Shown: positions 1-18,959 of the stretch, one piece after another | How positions within the stretch are numbered: position 1 is the stretch's first letter | How the letters are laid out: every line of letters begins with the position of its first letter | Assembly: GCF_009914755.1 (NCBI RefSeq) | Contig: NC_060943.1 | Source of the DNA: the human T2T-CHM13v2.0 reference genome, Homo sapiens | DNA length: 64,000 nucleotides | Reading direction: 5' to 3' (one strand) | Position numbers and translations under genes: made by a program | Notes under the pieces: model-generated | Told to the model about the DNA's origin: nothing | Databases searched by the model: none | The model's input: only the letters and a program-made list of their open reading frames with translations

Positions 1-9
1 ATTTAATGT

Positions 10-460
<451 letters not shown>

Positions 461-487
461 GAAAGAAATTTAAAAATAAATATAATT

Positions 488-628
488 TCGAATCACCTGA
501 GGGTCTTGTGAAAATGCAGATACCGACTTCAGTAGGTCTGGAGTAAGGTCTGAGATTCTGCAATTCCAGCAAGTCCACAGGTGATGGTGACGCTCTAGGT
601 CTCAGGACAACTGTTTGAGTAGCCAAGA
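488..628. mobile_element. MER5-family (hAT-Charlie) DNA transposon fragment
   Basis: gaatcacctg...aaaatgcaga...gtaggtctggag...caggtgatg resembles the recalled MER5A/B consensus. Confidence 0.7.
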
Positions 629-683
629 GTATATGCTGTCATGAAGGGCTAGGAGACAACTCTGGATTGGTCCATTATCCTGA

Positions 684-1100
<417 letters not shown>

Positions 1101-1339
1101 TAGCCTGAGTTCTCAGGAAATCCTGACTCTGTGCTCCTTTCACCAATGAGATGGTCCACAGGAAAAGTTCAGATCCTGAAATGGCTTGGCTAGTTAACCC
1201 TGGACCCCTTCCAGGCTGGCCAGTAGGAAGTGCCTATTATTGAAAATGCCTCACCTCCTGAGGGGATCAACAGTCAATAGAACTTATCAGCTCCCCACCC
1301 TTTCCAAGAAGAGCGCAGCCAGTGGGGAGGGACCCGTAG

Positions 1340-1501
<162 letters not shown>

Positions 1502-1705
1502 TAGAGCCTAAGGGTCCCTTTGGGAGCCAGGTGGAGGGCGTGGAGCTGGATGGGGAGGAGAGGGGGTAGGGGGAGACCGGAGAAGCAAATTGGCACCATA
1601 ACCGAGGGGTGGAGCCAGCGTGGGGGGCGTGGCCCGAAGAGACCAAATGGAGGTGGAGGTATGGGCTAAACTGAACTCTCCAGGCCACGGGAGGGGCACG
1701 GCTGA

Positions 1706-2110
<405 letters not shown>

Positions 2111-2278
2111 TGAGCTGAGGGGGCGGGGCCTGACTATTAATGGTCACGGTTGGAGGCGGGGCCAGGAGAGGGGCGGGGTTAAAGGAGAGGTGAGACCCGG
2201 AGAGGGGTGGAGTCAAAGGAAGGGGCGGAGTCAGACAAGGCAGGAGTCCCTCACCGGCTGTCCGGCTCCTATACCTAG

Positions 2279-2515
<237 letters not shown>

Positions 2516-2811
2516 TAGTCCGGGTTCTGGAATGGCCTAGTCCTTTCTCGCCCACCCCTGAGGAATGGACTGCTCCAACGTTCCGGACTCCCCCGTCAGG
2601 ATGAAATGGATAAATCCCACTCCCCCTTCCCAGGGCGGGAGTGAACTCGCCCAATGCGAGTTTGAGTCCTTGGCTGCGGGGAAGGGAGGGAAACCCATGT
2701 GGAGCCCGGCGATCGTTGTGACATCGGGAAGGGAAGTCCAAAGGGAGGAATCCTGGAGAGGAACAGGGAGGAGGGTGCTCCAGGCTGAACCGCTGCTCGC
2801 TCTCCCTCCAG

Positions 2812-2870
2812 GCCAGACTTCTGGGAGTTCCCGGGCAGACGGCGTTTCGGTCCGGACCTATTCCTGCTAG
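2812..2870 (+). CDS. PPFIA3: PPFIA3 last coding exon (GQTSGSSRADGVSVRTYSC*); exon continues to a donor at 2883
   Basis: ctccag|GC; TAG at 2868-2870; VRTYSC is the conserved liprin-alpha C-terminal PDZ-binding motif. Confidence 0.95.
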
Positions 2871-2967
2871 TGCAGGCCTCCAGGTGAGGACCGTGCTGGG
2901 CGACCTTGGGGGTGCGGGGCGGCACGGTGGATCTTCACTGCTCCACGCGCTGCCCGGCGTCATGCAG

Positions 2968-3760
2968 GTGACCTCACTCGGACGGAAGAATCTTCCCGAG
3001 GCTGGGCTGTTCCCTCTCCTGCCCGGACTGTGGCCTCGCCGGGGAGAGCGGGCGGGGGAGCTCGCGCCGAGGACTGGACCATCTGTACAGACCAGCGGGA
3101 GTGCGCGCGCCCGCCTCGCACAGGGCCGGGGCCTGGACCAAACCACATGAACTGGACTGAGAGGGGGAAGAAGCGGGGAGGAAGAAATCCCGCCCCAAAC
3201 GTCCGCTTTCCTTTTCTCTACTTTGTAATTTATTGATCAGTTTCTGTTGGGAGACGGGTGTCCTTTACCCGCGGGAAGGGGGCGGGGCTTCCCTCCCGGG
3301 CCGCATGCGGGGAGAGGCTGCTCCCTCCCCTTTTTCCTGCCCAGTCGCGGGGCCCAAGTCTTCCTTCTTCGTCCGAAAGGAGGGGAGGGGGGACTCGCTG
3401 CTACAAGCCTCGCCCCCTGTGCCACTCAGCTCCGCCCCGCCGCGTCCGGTCGCCGGTCCCCCGGGTCATCTGCGGGCGGGGTCCCCTCTCCCTCCCCCGT
3501 GTCTCGTGTCCCCGGGGCCTCACCGCCCCCCGTGCTGTGGCCGTGTCCGTGCCCCGGGGGTAGGGGGCGCAGAATGGCGCTTCCCCTTCTCCTCTGGCTC
3601 CGGGGTTTGCATGGGAGAATCCTCTTTCCACGATGCCGCTGGGCGACGTGGCGTGGGGGCAGGGGGACGGTGGGGGAGCCCTCGCCCCCGACTCTCGGTC
3701 GGCCTCCCCGCCCCAGGCGTCACTCAGTGATCACGGGTAAAGAGAACTGTTTCAAAAAGC
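2968..3760 (+). other. PPFIA3: PPFIA3 terminal non-coding exon (GC/CpG-rich 3'UTR); 3' end uncertain
   Basis: 84-nt intron 2884-2967 (cag|gtgagg ... catgcag|); no AATAAA on + strand until 3958. Confidence 0.6.
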
Positions 3761-3945
3761 TTCCTTGTTGACTGATTTTTTTTTGCGGGGGGGGGGGGGG
3801 GGGCTGTTCAACCAACCACCTCGAGCCAGGAGTCCAGGCCCCTCATCCCTCAAGTCTAGGTCCAGGTCTCTAGACCCTACCCGCATTCCCCGATGCCTTG
3901 AGATTCCCAGACCCCACGTCTGACAATGAGGTTTCGGGGAGCACG

Positions 3946-3951
3946 TTTATT
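3946..3951 (-). terminator. HRC: HRC polyadenylation signal AATAAA
   Basis: tttatt on + strand, about 80 nt past the HRC stop codon. Confidence 0.85.
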
Positions 3952-4029
3952 CGGAGAAATAAATATAGCTCGTGGAAAGGGGTTGGAAGGCAGGGGGAGG
4001 TACACCTGCGTCGCAGTCGAGCGACTGGG

Positions 4030-4066
4030 TCAGGGTTCCGGCGTTTCCAGCATGTCTGCCAGGGCC
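4030..4066 (-). CDS. HRC: HRC exon 6 coding part (ALADMLETPEP*)
   Basis: minus-strand ctccag|G acceptor; TGA at 4030-4032. Confidence 0.95.
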
Positions 4067-4250
4067 CTGGAGACGAGAACGCCAGAAGTTAGACAGCTGG
4101 TGTTCAAAGCCCACCCCAGGACGCTTAGAGATCATTAACCTGCCCATTTCATGGACGGGGAAATGGAGTCCCAGAGTCATCTGATAACTCATAGCGAGAC
4201 AAGCACTTCTCTAAACGGGGCTTTTACACGCTCCCCTTTTACACACTTAC

Positions 4251-4287
4251 TGATAAAGGGACGAGGAGAAATAGTCAACGTAGCTTC
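4251..4287 (-). CDS. HRC: HRC exon 5 (GSYVDYFSSSLYQ)
   Basis: cacag|GA ... CA|gtaagt on minus strand. Confidence 0.95.
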
Positions 4288-4737
4288 CTGTGGGACAGCA
4301 GAGAAAAGAGGCTTGAGGGGTACTGCACGAGCAAAATTAGGCAGCCACTCAGTATAGCGTGCGAGATTAGTGCTAGCTCCACCTCCTTTTCCCTAATTCC
4401 TTCTTCCAACTGAATCCCTTCTACCGGACCCCTTTTTCGTTCTGGGTGATTCCGTTCTCCAGTAGCCCCGCCCCTTCGATTCCTACTTGAGTTGGCCTCG
4501 CCCATTAGGCTCTAAGCCCGCATCTCAACCCTCCACTCATTTCTGTCCCTTGGCTCCAGCAACTCCACCTGGTGTTCCTCGAGCCAGGCCCCGGCCCACG
4601 TGCTCAGAGCCTTGGCCACGCCTCCCCTCTTAGCCCCGCCCCACCAGCCTTCCGGGCCAGGCTCCGCCCCCACCAGGATTCACCACGCTGGGCCCGGCAC
4701 CTTCCTCAGGTTTTTCCAGGGCCCCGCCCATGCTCAC

Positions 4738-4792
4738 CTGGAGCGCAGACCGTTTCGCAGACCAGCGGGCAGAGATAGCAGAACTGACAGTG
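4738..4792 (-). CDS. HRC: HRC exon 4, Cys-rich (HCQFCYLCPLVCETVCAP)
   Basis: ctccag|CAC ... G|gtgagc on minus strand. Confidence 0.95.
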
Positions 4793-5043
4793 CTGGAGGC
4801 GGGGACGGGGAGAGAGAGTGAGCGTGGGGCGTGGCCGGGGGCGGAGTTAGGATGGGGCCGGGACCAGACCCGGACCAGAGGCTAGGTCTAGGTTAAGGTT
4901 GGAGTCAGGATCGCTTGTGGAGTCAAGGTTGCATCAGGGGTAAGGGGTTGGGTCAGAGGCCAGGATTTAGGGCTGGGGGTCCTCAGAGGGTCCCGGTGCA
5001 TCCTGAGGCCCAGTGGAGCCTTGAGTGTGAGGTGAGGTCTCAC

Positions 5044-5112
5044 CTGGCACTGGTCGCAGTGCTCACCCATGTTCTCCTCATCACAGTGACAGCTCTCACA
5101 TTCAGTGCATCG
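5044..5112 (-). CDS. HRC: HRC exon 3, Cys-rich (RCTECESCHCDEENMGEHCDQCQ)
   Basis: cccag|CGA ... CAG|gtgag on minus strand. Confidence 0.95.
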
Positions 5113-5150
5113 CTGGGGACCGGGGGAGCCTGGTTAGATGGAAACTCTAA

Positions 5151-5605
<455 letters not shown>

Positions 5606-5997
5606 TGCCCCTGGTTTTCTATCTCAGGGCGACCCCATGTCTCCCTGTCAGGGTGGGCTCAGGTGCTCTCTCCACCCGCTCTCTGCCTATTCTCCCCCTA
5701 GCCTATCAGCCCCTGTGCCATCCCTCCTTCCCCCGACTCTCTTTGCCACAGACCCCTGTCTCTGTCCCCACACCCCAAGATGCAGCTTGGGTCTTGTCCT
5801 CTCCTTCCTGGACCACTGCCCCAGCCTCCCAGCCTTCATCAGTCTGTCCTCACCTCACATGCCTGCAGAAGGATCTCTTTTCTTTCAGAACTGACCCTGG
5901 CCTGCCCTTGCTCTGAGCCCTCCCACAGCACCACCCCAGGGCCCCTGGGACAGATTCTGGGGACACCTTGGTGGGTGGATCTGGGCTGGGGACATAC

Positions 5998-6068
5998 ATT
6001 GCAGAAGGAGCAGTAGCCACACAGGGACCCTGGCTGGTAGTTCCCATACTCCTGAGCATCCTGTGGAC
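5998..6068 (-). CDS. HRC: HRC exon 2 (GPQDAQEYGNYQPGSLCGYCSFCN)
   Basis: gcag|GT ... AAT|gtatgt on minus strand. Confidence 0.95.
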
Positions 6069-6143
6069 CTGCGGGGACAGGAGGGCAGCAGTGACCCAGG
6101 CTGACTCGGTTCCTTCCCACCCACACCAGCCCAGGCCACTTAC

Positions 6144-7190
6144 CTGTGTCCTCACCGCTTTCCTCCTCGCTGGAGGCACCTCCAGCCTCCTCTCTCCTGT
6201 CCAGTGGGTTGGGGATGATGGTGAAGCGGGGCTCATCTTCCTCCAGCCCCTCCTCCTCCTCCTCTTCCTCCTCGCTGTGGTCTGGGCTCAGTGGGGCCCC
6301 AACCTCAGCCCTCTCTTCCCTCCTCTCCTCGTCTTCTTCCTCCTCCTCCTCCTCCTTGTCTTCCTCTTCTTCCTCCTCCTGGTTCAGGCTGAGGCCATGA
6401 CCTTCCTCCTCATCCTCCTCATCTTCCTGGTCCCGGCTGCCATGATGGGTGCCTTTCTCTCCCTGCTCTGAACTTTCATCGTCTTCCTCATGGGAGCCGG
6501 GGTCCTCTTCCTTCTCCTTTTCCTCCTCAGAATCATCCTTCCTCAAATGGCTTCTATCCTTGACCACTGTGTGTCCTGGGGGGTGATGGCTCATCTCTTT
6601 GATGGACCCTCTTTGACCATGGCCAGTTTCTTCATCTTGGTGGCTTTGCCTGTGGCTGGGGGCCTGGTGGCCAAGCTCAGCAGAGACCTCCTCATCTTCC
6701 TCCCTGGGGACTCTGTGGTGGTGATGGTGAGGGACTTCTGTTTTATACTCATCTTGGAAGTCCTCTTCATCACTCTTGTGGCCTCGAGGTTGGTGGCTTG
6801 CAACATAGTGGCCGAACTGGACTGTGATCTCCTCTTCTTCCTCTTCCTCATCTACAAGGCCATGGTGGACATGTTGGGGACCCTGGTGCCAACGTTCAGT
6901 GGACACATCCTCATCTTCTTCCTCGTCTCTGTGGCCTTGGTGCCTGTGGTCAGGGACATGATGGTGGTGTTCACCTGAGACAGCCTCAACCTCTTCCTTT
7001 CTGTGGTCTTGGTGCCTGTGGGCCTGGTGTCCATACTCAGTGGAGACATCATCATCATCATTGTCATCTTCTTCATGGCTTCGGTGCCTGTGGCTGGGGT
7101 CGCGATGATGGTGTCCATCTGAGACATCTTCATCCTCTTCAATCCCGTGGCCTTGGTGCCTGTGAGCCTGGTGTCTATATTCAATGGAGA

Positions 7191-7230
<40 letters not shown>

Positions 7231-7974
7231 GTCATCTTCTTCATGGCCTTGGTGCCTGTGGCTGGGGCCATGATGATGGTGTCCATCTGAGACATCCTCA
7301 TCCTCTTCACTCCCATGGCCTCGGTGCCTGTGGGCCTGGTGTCCATACTCAGTGGAGGCCTCCTCTTCCTCCTCCTCCTCCTCCTCCTCCTCCTCTTCTC
7401 CTTCATCATCTTCCCCATCATGGCCTCGGTGTCCATGCCTGAGGATATGATGGTGATGCTCACTGGACACAACTTCATCCTCATCCTCGTCTTGATGGCT
7501 GTGGCTCCTGTGGCTGGGGAGGTGGTGCCTGTGCTCAGCTGAGTCTTCCGTGTCTTCACTCCCGTGGCCTCTGTGCCCACGGGCCTGCCCACCATGCTCT
7601 GCAAAGACCTCCTCACCTGAGACACCCTCATCTCCGACTTTGTGGTCTTGGGACCTGTGGCCTGGGAGTAGGTGCCCATATTCCTTGGCGACATCTTCAT
7701 CCTCCTTTTCACGGTCTGGGTGGCTCCAGAAATGATGCCCATTCTCTGTGGAAACATCCTTGTTCTCATCTGGATGGTCTCTAGGGCTGTGGAGGTGGTG
7801 GCGAAGCTCTGCTGATGCCTCCTCGGAGAGCCCGGCGACTCCAGTGTTGTTGTTCCGGTTTCTGAAGCCCAGCCCATCCCCTCTGAGCTGCTGGGTCATG
7901 GCCGGGGGGAGGAGCAGGCTGGCCACCCCAGCCCAGAGGACAGAAGCGTGCAGCCATGGCCTATGGTGGCCCAT
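6144..7974 (-). CDS. HRC: HRC exon 1 coding part: signal peptide plus His/acidic repeat region of the histidine-rich calcium-binding protein
   Basis: ATG 7972-7974 (MGHHRPWLHASVLWAGVASLLL...), donor G|gtaagt at 6143; the six exons total 2100 nt = 699 aa. Confidence 0.98.
6600..7560 (-). repeat. HRC: Coding tandem repeats of HRC (e.g. VSTEYGHQAHRH / VSDGHHH..PSHRH units), including an E13 tract (7360-7398) and a D15 tract (7192-7236)
   Basis: visible in DNA and protein; (CTC)n and (ATC)n runs. Confidence 0.9.
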
Positions 7975-8149
7975 GGGGACGGACAGGCAGCACTGGCTCC
8001 AGCTGCCTCTGCGGCAATGTGGACAAACGTTGGGGTCTTTGTCCCTTTGGGGTTGGTCTCTTTTTTTCTCTGTGTCTCTCCTTTGTCCTTTCGGTCTCTG
8101 TCCACCTTCCTCTGGTCCTTGCTGCCTGGCTCTGGACACCCCTCTGAGG

Positions 8150-8760
8150 CTGTCTCCGGAGCCCCCTGACCCCCCTCTGGGGCCCTCCCTCCCCATTCCC
8201 CAGCCAATAGGGTCCTTCCCCTCCCCTCTCTCCAGCTAAATTTACTCTCAGCCCTGAGTTATTCTGGGTCAGTCCCCGCCTGCCTGCCTCCTGCTCCTCC
8301 TCCTCCCAGCTGGGGAGGGGACCAGTGAGGGGTCTCTCCCTGGCCAGGAGACGGGGGCCAAGGGACTTGACTTTGAACTACCAACAAGCTCACGTTTGGC
8401 AGCTGCAAAGACAAAGGCTAGACTTTTAGCAGGTTTTTGGGGGAGCCTGGGGCACCTGGGGGAGGCAGAAGAGACTTATCAGAGGGGAGAGACCCCTGGG
8501 ACGGAAGGACTGGGGGTTCGATTGCGGGGTGTTTCCAGCTGGAATGATACGTGCTGGTGAGAGAGTGATGTCAGTATTGAGGCCCTAGAATGGGGGGAAA
8601 GGAACATGGCCCCCAACACACGTGCCCATGACCTCCTGTCCCTGGAACTCAGATCTGGGGGCAGGGACTGGGCTAGGCCAGGGCTATAAATACAGCTGGG
8701 AGGGGTAGGGGGACTCAGGTTACGGAGGCCACAGCTGTCCCCATCACAGAGGGCTGGCAG
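8150..8760 (-). promoter_or_regulatory. HRC: HRC muscle promoter/enhancer: MEF2-like CTATAAATAC (8684-8693), second AT-rich CTAAATTTAC (8236-8245), CAGCTG E-boxes at 8307, 8400, 8536, 8693 and 8732
   Basis: motifs read directly; HRC is an established MEF2 target. Confidence 0.7.
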
Positions 8761-9119
8761 GAGACAAGTGGCCTTGCCCGTCTCTGTGTGTCAGTATTTC
8801 CTACTCCTCACCCTTCATGACTGCCCCCACTAGGGTCTCCTTTCCTGTTCACGGGTCCTCCTCTCTCTTCAATTCTGTCATCTGCTCTCTCAGGGTCCCT
8901 GTCCCTCCTCCATGGGATTGCCTCTCCCTCTCACTCTGGGCTTCTGTCCCACTCTTATCTTAGTGTCAGTCCTCCCCCAAGTCTGTGTCCCTCTCTCTCC
9001 CCTAAATCTCTGGCCCCTCCTTTCTGAGTTCCTGCCCTTCCCCCAATTCTTTGGTTTTTGCATCCCCCTCTGCCCCTTGCCTCAGTCAAGGTGTCTCCTC
9101 CCCATCTCTGGCATCCACC

Positions 9120-9990
9120 TCTCTGGGTCTCTGTCCCCACTCTCTCTCAGAGTCTCTGTCCCCCTCTGTCTCAGAGTCTCTGTCCACCTCTCCCTGGGTC
9201 TCTGTCCCCCTCTCTCTGGGTCTCTGTCCCCCTCTCCCTGGGTCTCTGTCCCCCTCTCTCTGTGGATCTCTGTCCCCCTCTCTCTGGGTCTCTGTTCCCC
9301 TCTCTCTGTGGGTCTCTGTCCCCCTCTCTCTCTGGGTCTCTGTTCCCCTCTCTCTGGGTCTCTGTCCCCCTCTCTCAGGGTCTCTGTCCCCCTCTGTCTC
9401 AGAGTCTCTGTCCCCCTCTCTCTGGGTCTCTGTCCCCTCTCCCTGGGTCTCTGTACCCCTCTCCGTGGGTCTCTGTCCCCTCTCCCTGGGTCTCTGTCCC
9501 CCCATCCCTGGGTCTCTGTCCCCCCCTCTCTGGGTCTCTGTCCCCCTCTCTCTGGGTCTCTGTCCTCCTCTCTCTCTGGGTCTCTGTTCCCCTCTCTCTG
9601 GGTCTCTGTCCCCCTCTCTCTGGGTCTCTGTCCCCGTCTCTCTGGGTCTCTGTCCCCCTCTCTCTGGGTCTCTGTCCCCCTCTCTCTGGGTCTCTGTCCC
9701 CTCTCCCTGGGTCTCTGTCCCCCTCTCCGTGGGTCTCTGTCCCCTCTCCCTGGGTCTCTGTCCCCCCCTCCCTGGGTCTCTGTCCCCCCCTCTCTGGGTC
9801 TCTGTCCCCCCCTCTCTGGGTCTCTGTCCTCCTCTCCCTGGGTCTCTGTCCCCCTCTCTCTGTGGGTCTCTGTCCCACTCTCTCTGGGTCTCTGTCCCAC
9901 TCTCTCTGGGTCTCTGTCCCCTCTCCCTGGGTCTCTGTCCCCCTCTCTCTGTGGGTCTCTGTACCCCTCTCTCTCTGTCTATCCCTGGGT
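9120..9990. repeat. Minisatellite/VNTR, about 20-23-bp unit (TCTCTGGGTCTCTGTCCCCC), between the HRC and TRPM4 start sites
   Basis: roughly 40 imperfect tandem copies; source of the spurious long ORFs. Confidence 0.95.
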
Positions 9991-10159
9991 CCCTGCTGCC
10001 CCACCTTCTGATTCTCTGTCCCCTAAGTCTTTGTCTCCCCCTCTTTGGGTTAAATTGTCCCCTCCCTGTCTGGCATCCTCCTTTCTGAGTCTGTTCCCTC
10101 TCCGCCACTGGCCCCCAACTCCTTCTGTTCCCATCTCGCGCTTGCCCTTGGAGTCTCCC

Positions 10160-10815
<656 letters not shown>

Positions 10816-11506
10816 TGAGGAGTTCGCCCCTGGACTGACCCCAGAGGGTCCGCGGCCCGCTGACCCCGCCCGCGGATGGCCACGCCCCAGCCCTGCTCCT
10901 TCCCCATTCCTGGACTCGGGGACCTTCCCAAGGGCGTTCCTTGCCGACGCTCTCCCTCTAGGAGCGTTTGGGTCTGTGTAGACACCCCTCATTCCCCATT
11001 CGCCATTCTCCCGCTCAGGGTCAGTGTAGACGCTCCAGGGCTCGGTTCTGCTTCTTTCCTCCCCGATGTCTCTTCTATGTGCTTCTGTCTCTTCGTGTCA
11101 CTTTCTGTGTCTCTGTCTTTCCCTTTTGGGTATTTCTGTTTCATTCATTCATTCATTCATTCATTCATTCATCCATCCATGCAAGAAACCCTCACTCAGC
11201 GCTCCCAAGGTCCCTTTAGCCTAATTCAACGGCCCTGCCAGGGTTCCAATTTCCCCTGGGACACGTGCTGTGTGGCTTCGGGCAAATCATTTCACCTCTC
11301 TGGTCCCGTTTCTCATCTGAGCATCAAAAGAGGCTTGATCTCCTGGGGTTATTATGAGAATTAAACAAGTTAATGCTTGTGATATTCCTGGCACAGCGCC
11401 CAGCACAGGACGCTGGGAAATATCTGCAGCTCCCACTGGGAGGTGGCAATTATTACCGCGGGCGGGCCCTGTCTTGGTGGCCGGGGACACCAATTGAGCT
11501 AGATAG

Positions 11507-17600
<6,094 letters not shown>

Positions 17601-18600
17601 CCCTACATTTTCAAATGAATTTCTCATTCTCCAAACCCCTGTTACTTACTCAGGTGCCAATCACCTTTAGAAAGCAAGAGAGACTTGTGCATTTCTTTAG
17701 GTGGGGGAAAGTTTTATATGTGGAAACTTTCCAAATGGAAACCTGTTCCATTTGGCACAGAGAGGAAGAAACAAGCCACACAGAAGCCAAAGACAATGAA
17801 AAGCAAACAAAGGTGTTTCCCTACTCGCTAGATGGCTGTTGCCAGCTCCATTTTTTGAGCCCGAGGCCTGCTTTTCTTGTTCAAAAGAGTAGCAAAGGGT
17901 TAGGCATTCAAAAATATTCTAGCACCCGGCTGAGCCTCTCTCCTTGACAGTCGTCAGGAGAACTGAAAAAGGAATGACTTTCTCACTGCGTTATTCAAGG
18001 TTATTTTAAGCTCCGTGTGAAGTTCGTGTCGCGTTGCCTCTGGCTGGGACTGGTATGCGAGCCTCATTTCAGGAAACACGGCGTTCTTTCCCTGGCTCCT
18101 CATAGCTCCGTGGAGTAGGCCGCGCTATTATTGTCTTTTCATTAGAGGAGGAAATTTAGGCTCAGAGAGGTGAAGCCGCTCGCCCAAAGTCACACAGCCG
18201 CGTCAGCCCCGAGCATGCGGGCTCTCCCTGAGTTACCCGCTGGATGTTCTTTCTCGTGTTGAACGTCATGTGTTTGGATGGGGGCACAGGGCACAGCAAG
18301 GATACCCCCAGTGGCCCTCTGCCTTCCCACTTGAGGCTCCTCAGGTGACAGTGACCTGCTTCTTCCTGCTCAGGCTTTCTGGACTCACTGGCTTCCTTCC
18401 CGTGGGGAAAGGGGACCGTCCTCGGCTCCAGTCTCTCCCCGAGGCCGTCAGAGCCAGGGCCAGGGGCAGCGTGGACTCTGCCTGCCTCTGCGGGTGTGGA
18501 CTCAGTGTCGACAGCCCCCTCTACAGGAGCATGAACACGCTGACAGGGTGCTGGGGTCGGGGGGCAGCCCTGGGTTCACGCTCCGCCCTCGCACCCCCAG

Positions 18601-18775
18601 AGGGACCTTGTGCCAGTGTGGGCGCCCCCGGACCGCCCACCCCGCAGTGGCCATGGAGGATGCCTTCGGGGCAGCCGTGGTGACCGTGTGGGACAGCGAT
18701 GCACACACCACGGAGAAGCCCACCGATGCCTACGGAGAGCTGGACTTCACGGGGGCCGGCCGCAAGCACAGCAAT
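18601..18775 (+). CDS. TRPM4: TRPM4 exon 3 ([10 protein letters not shown]...GAGRKHSN)
   Basis: cccag|A ... AAT|gtgagg. Confidence 0.96.
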
Positions 18776-18959
18776 GTGAGGCGGGCCTCTGTGGGCGGGG
18801 CCCGGGCACCAGGGGGCTGCATGCTCGGGGCTCCAGAGTGGAGCCGGGACGCCCGCCCTGAACGCTGGCCCCTCCGCCCGTCCCTGTCTTGGCTCTCTTT
18901 GTCCCCTCCGCCCCACCTATCTTCTCTCTGAGGGGGTCCCGTTCTCTCTGCGTCTCTTT

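Noticed and set aside
6852-7877. 341-aa alternative-frame ORF (poly-Met, poly-Arg) and antisense ORFs over HRC exon 1
   Set aside because: By-product of GAT/GAG codon repeats; no independent evidence
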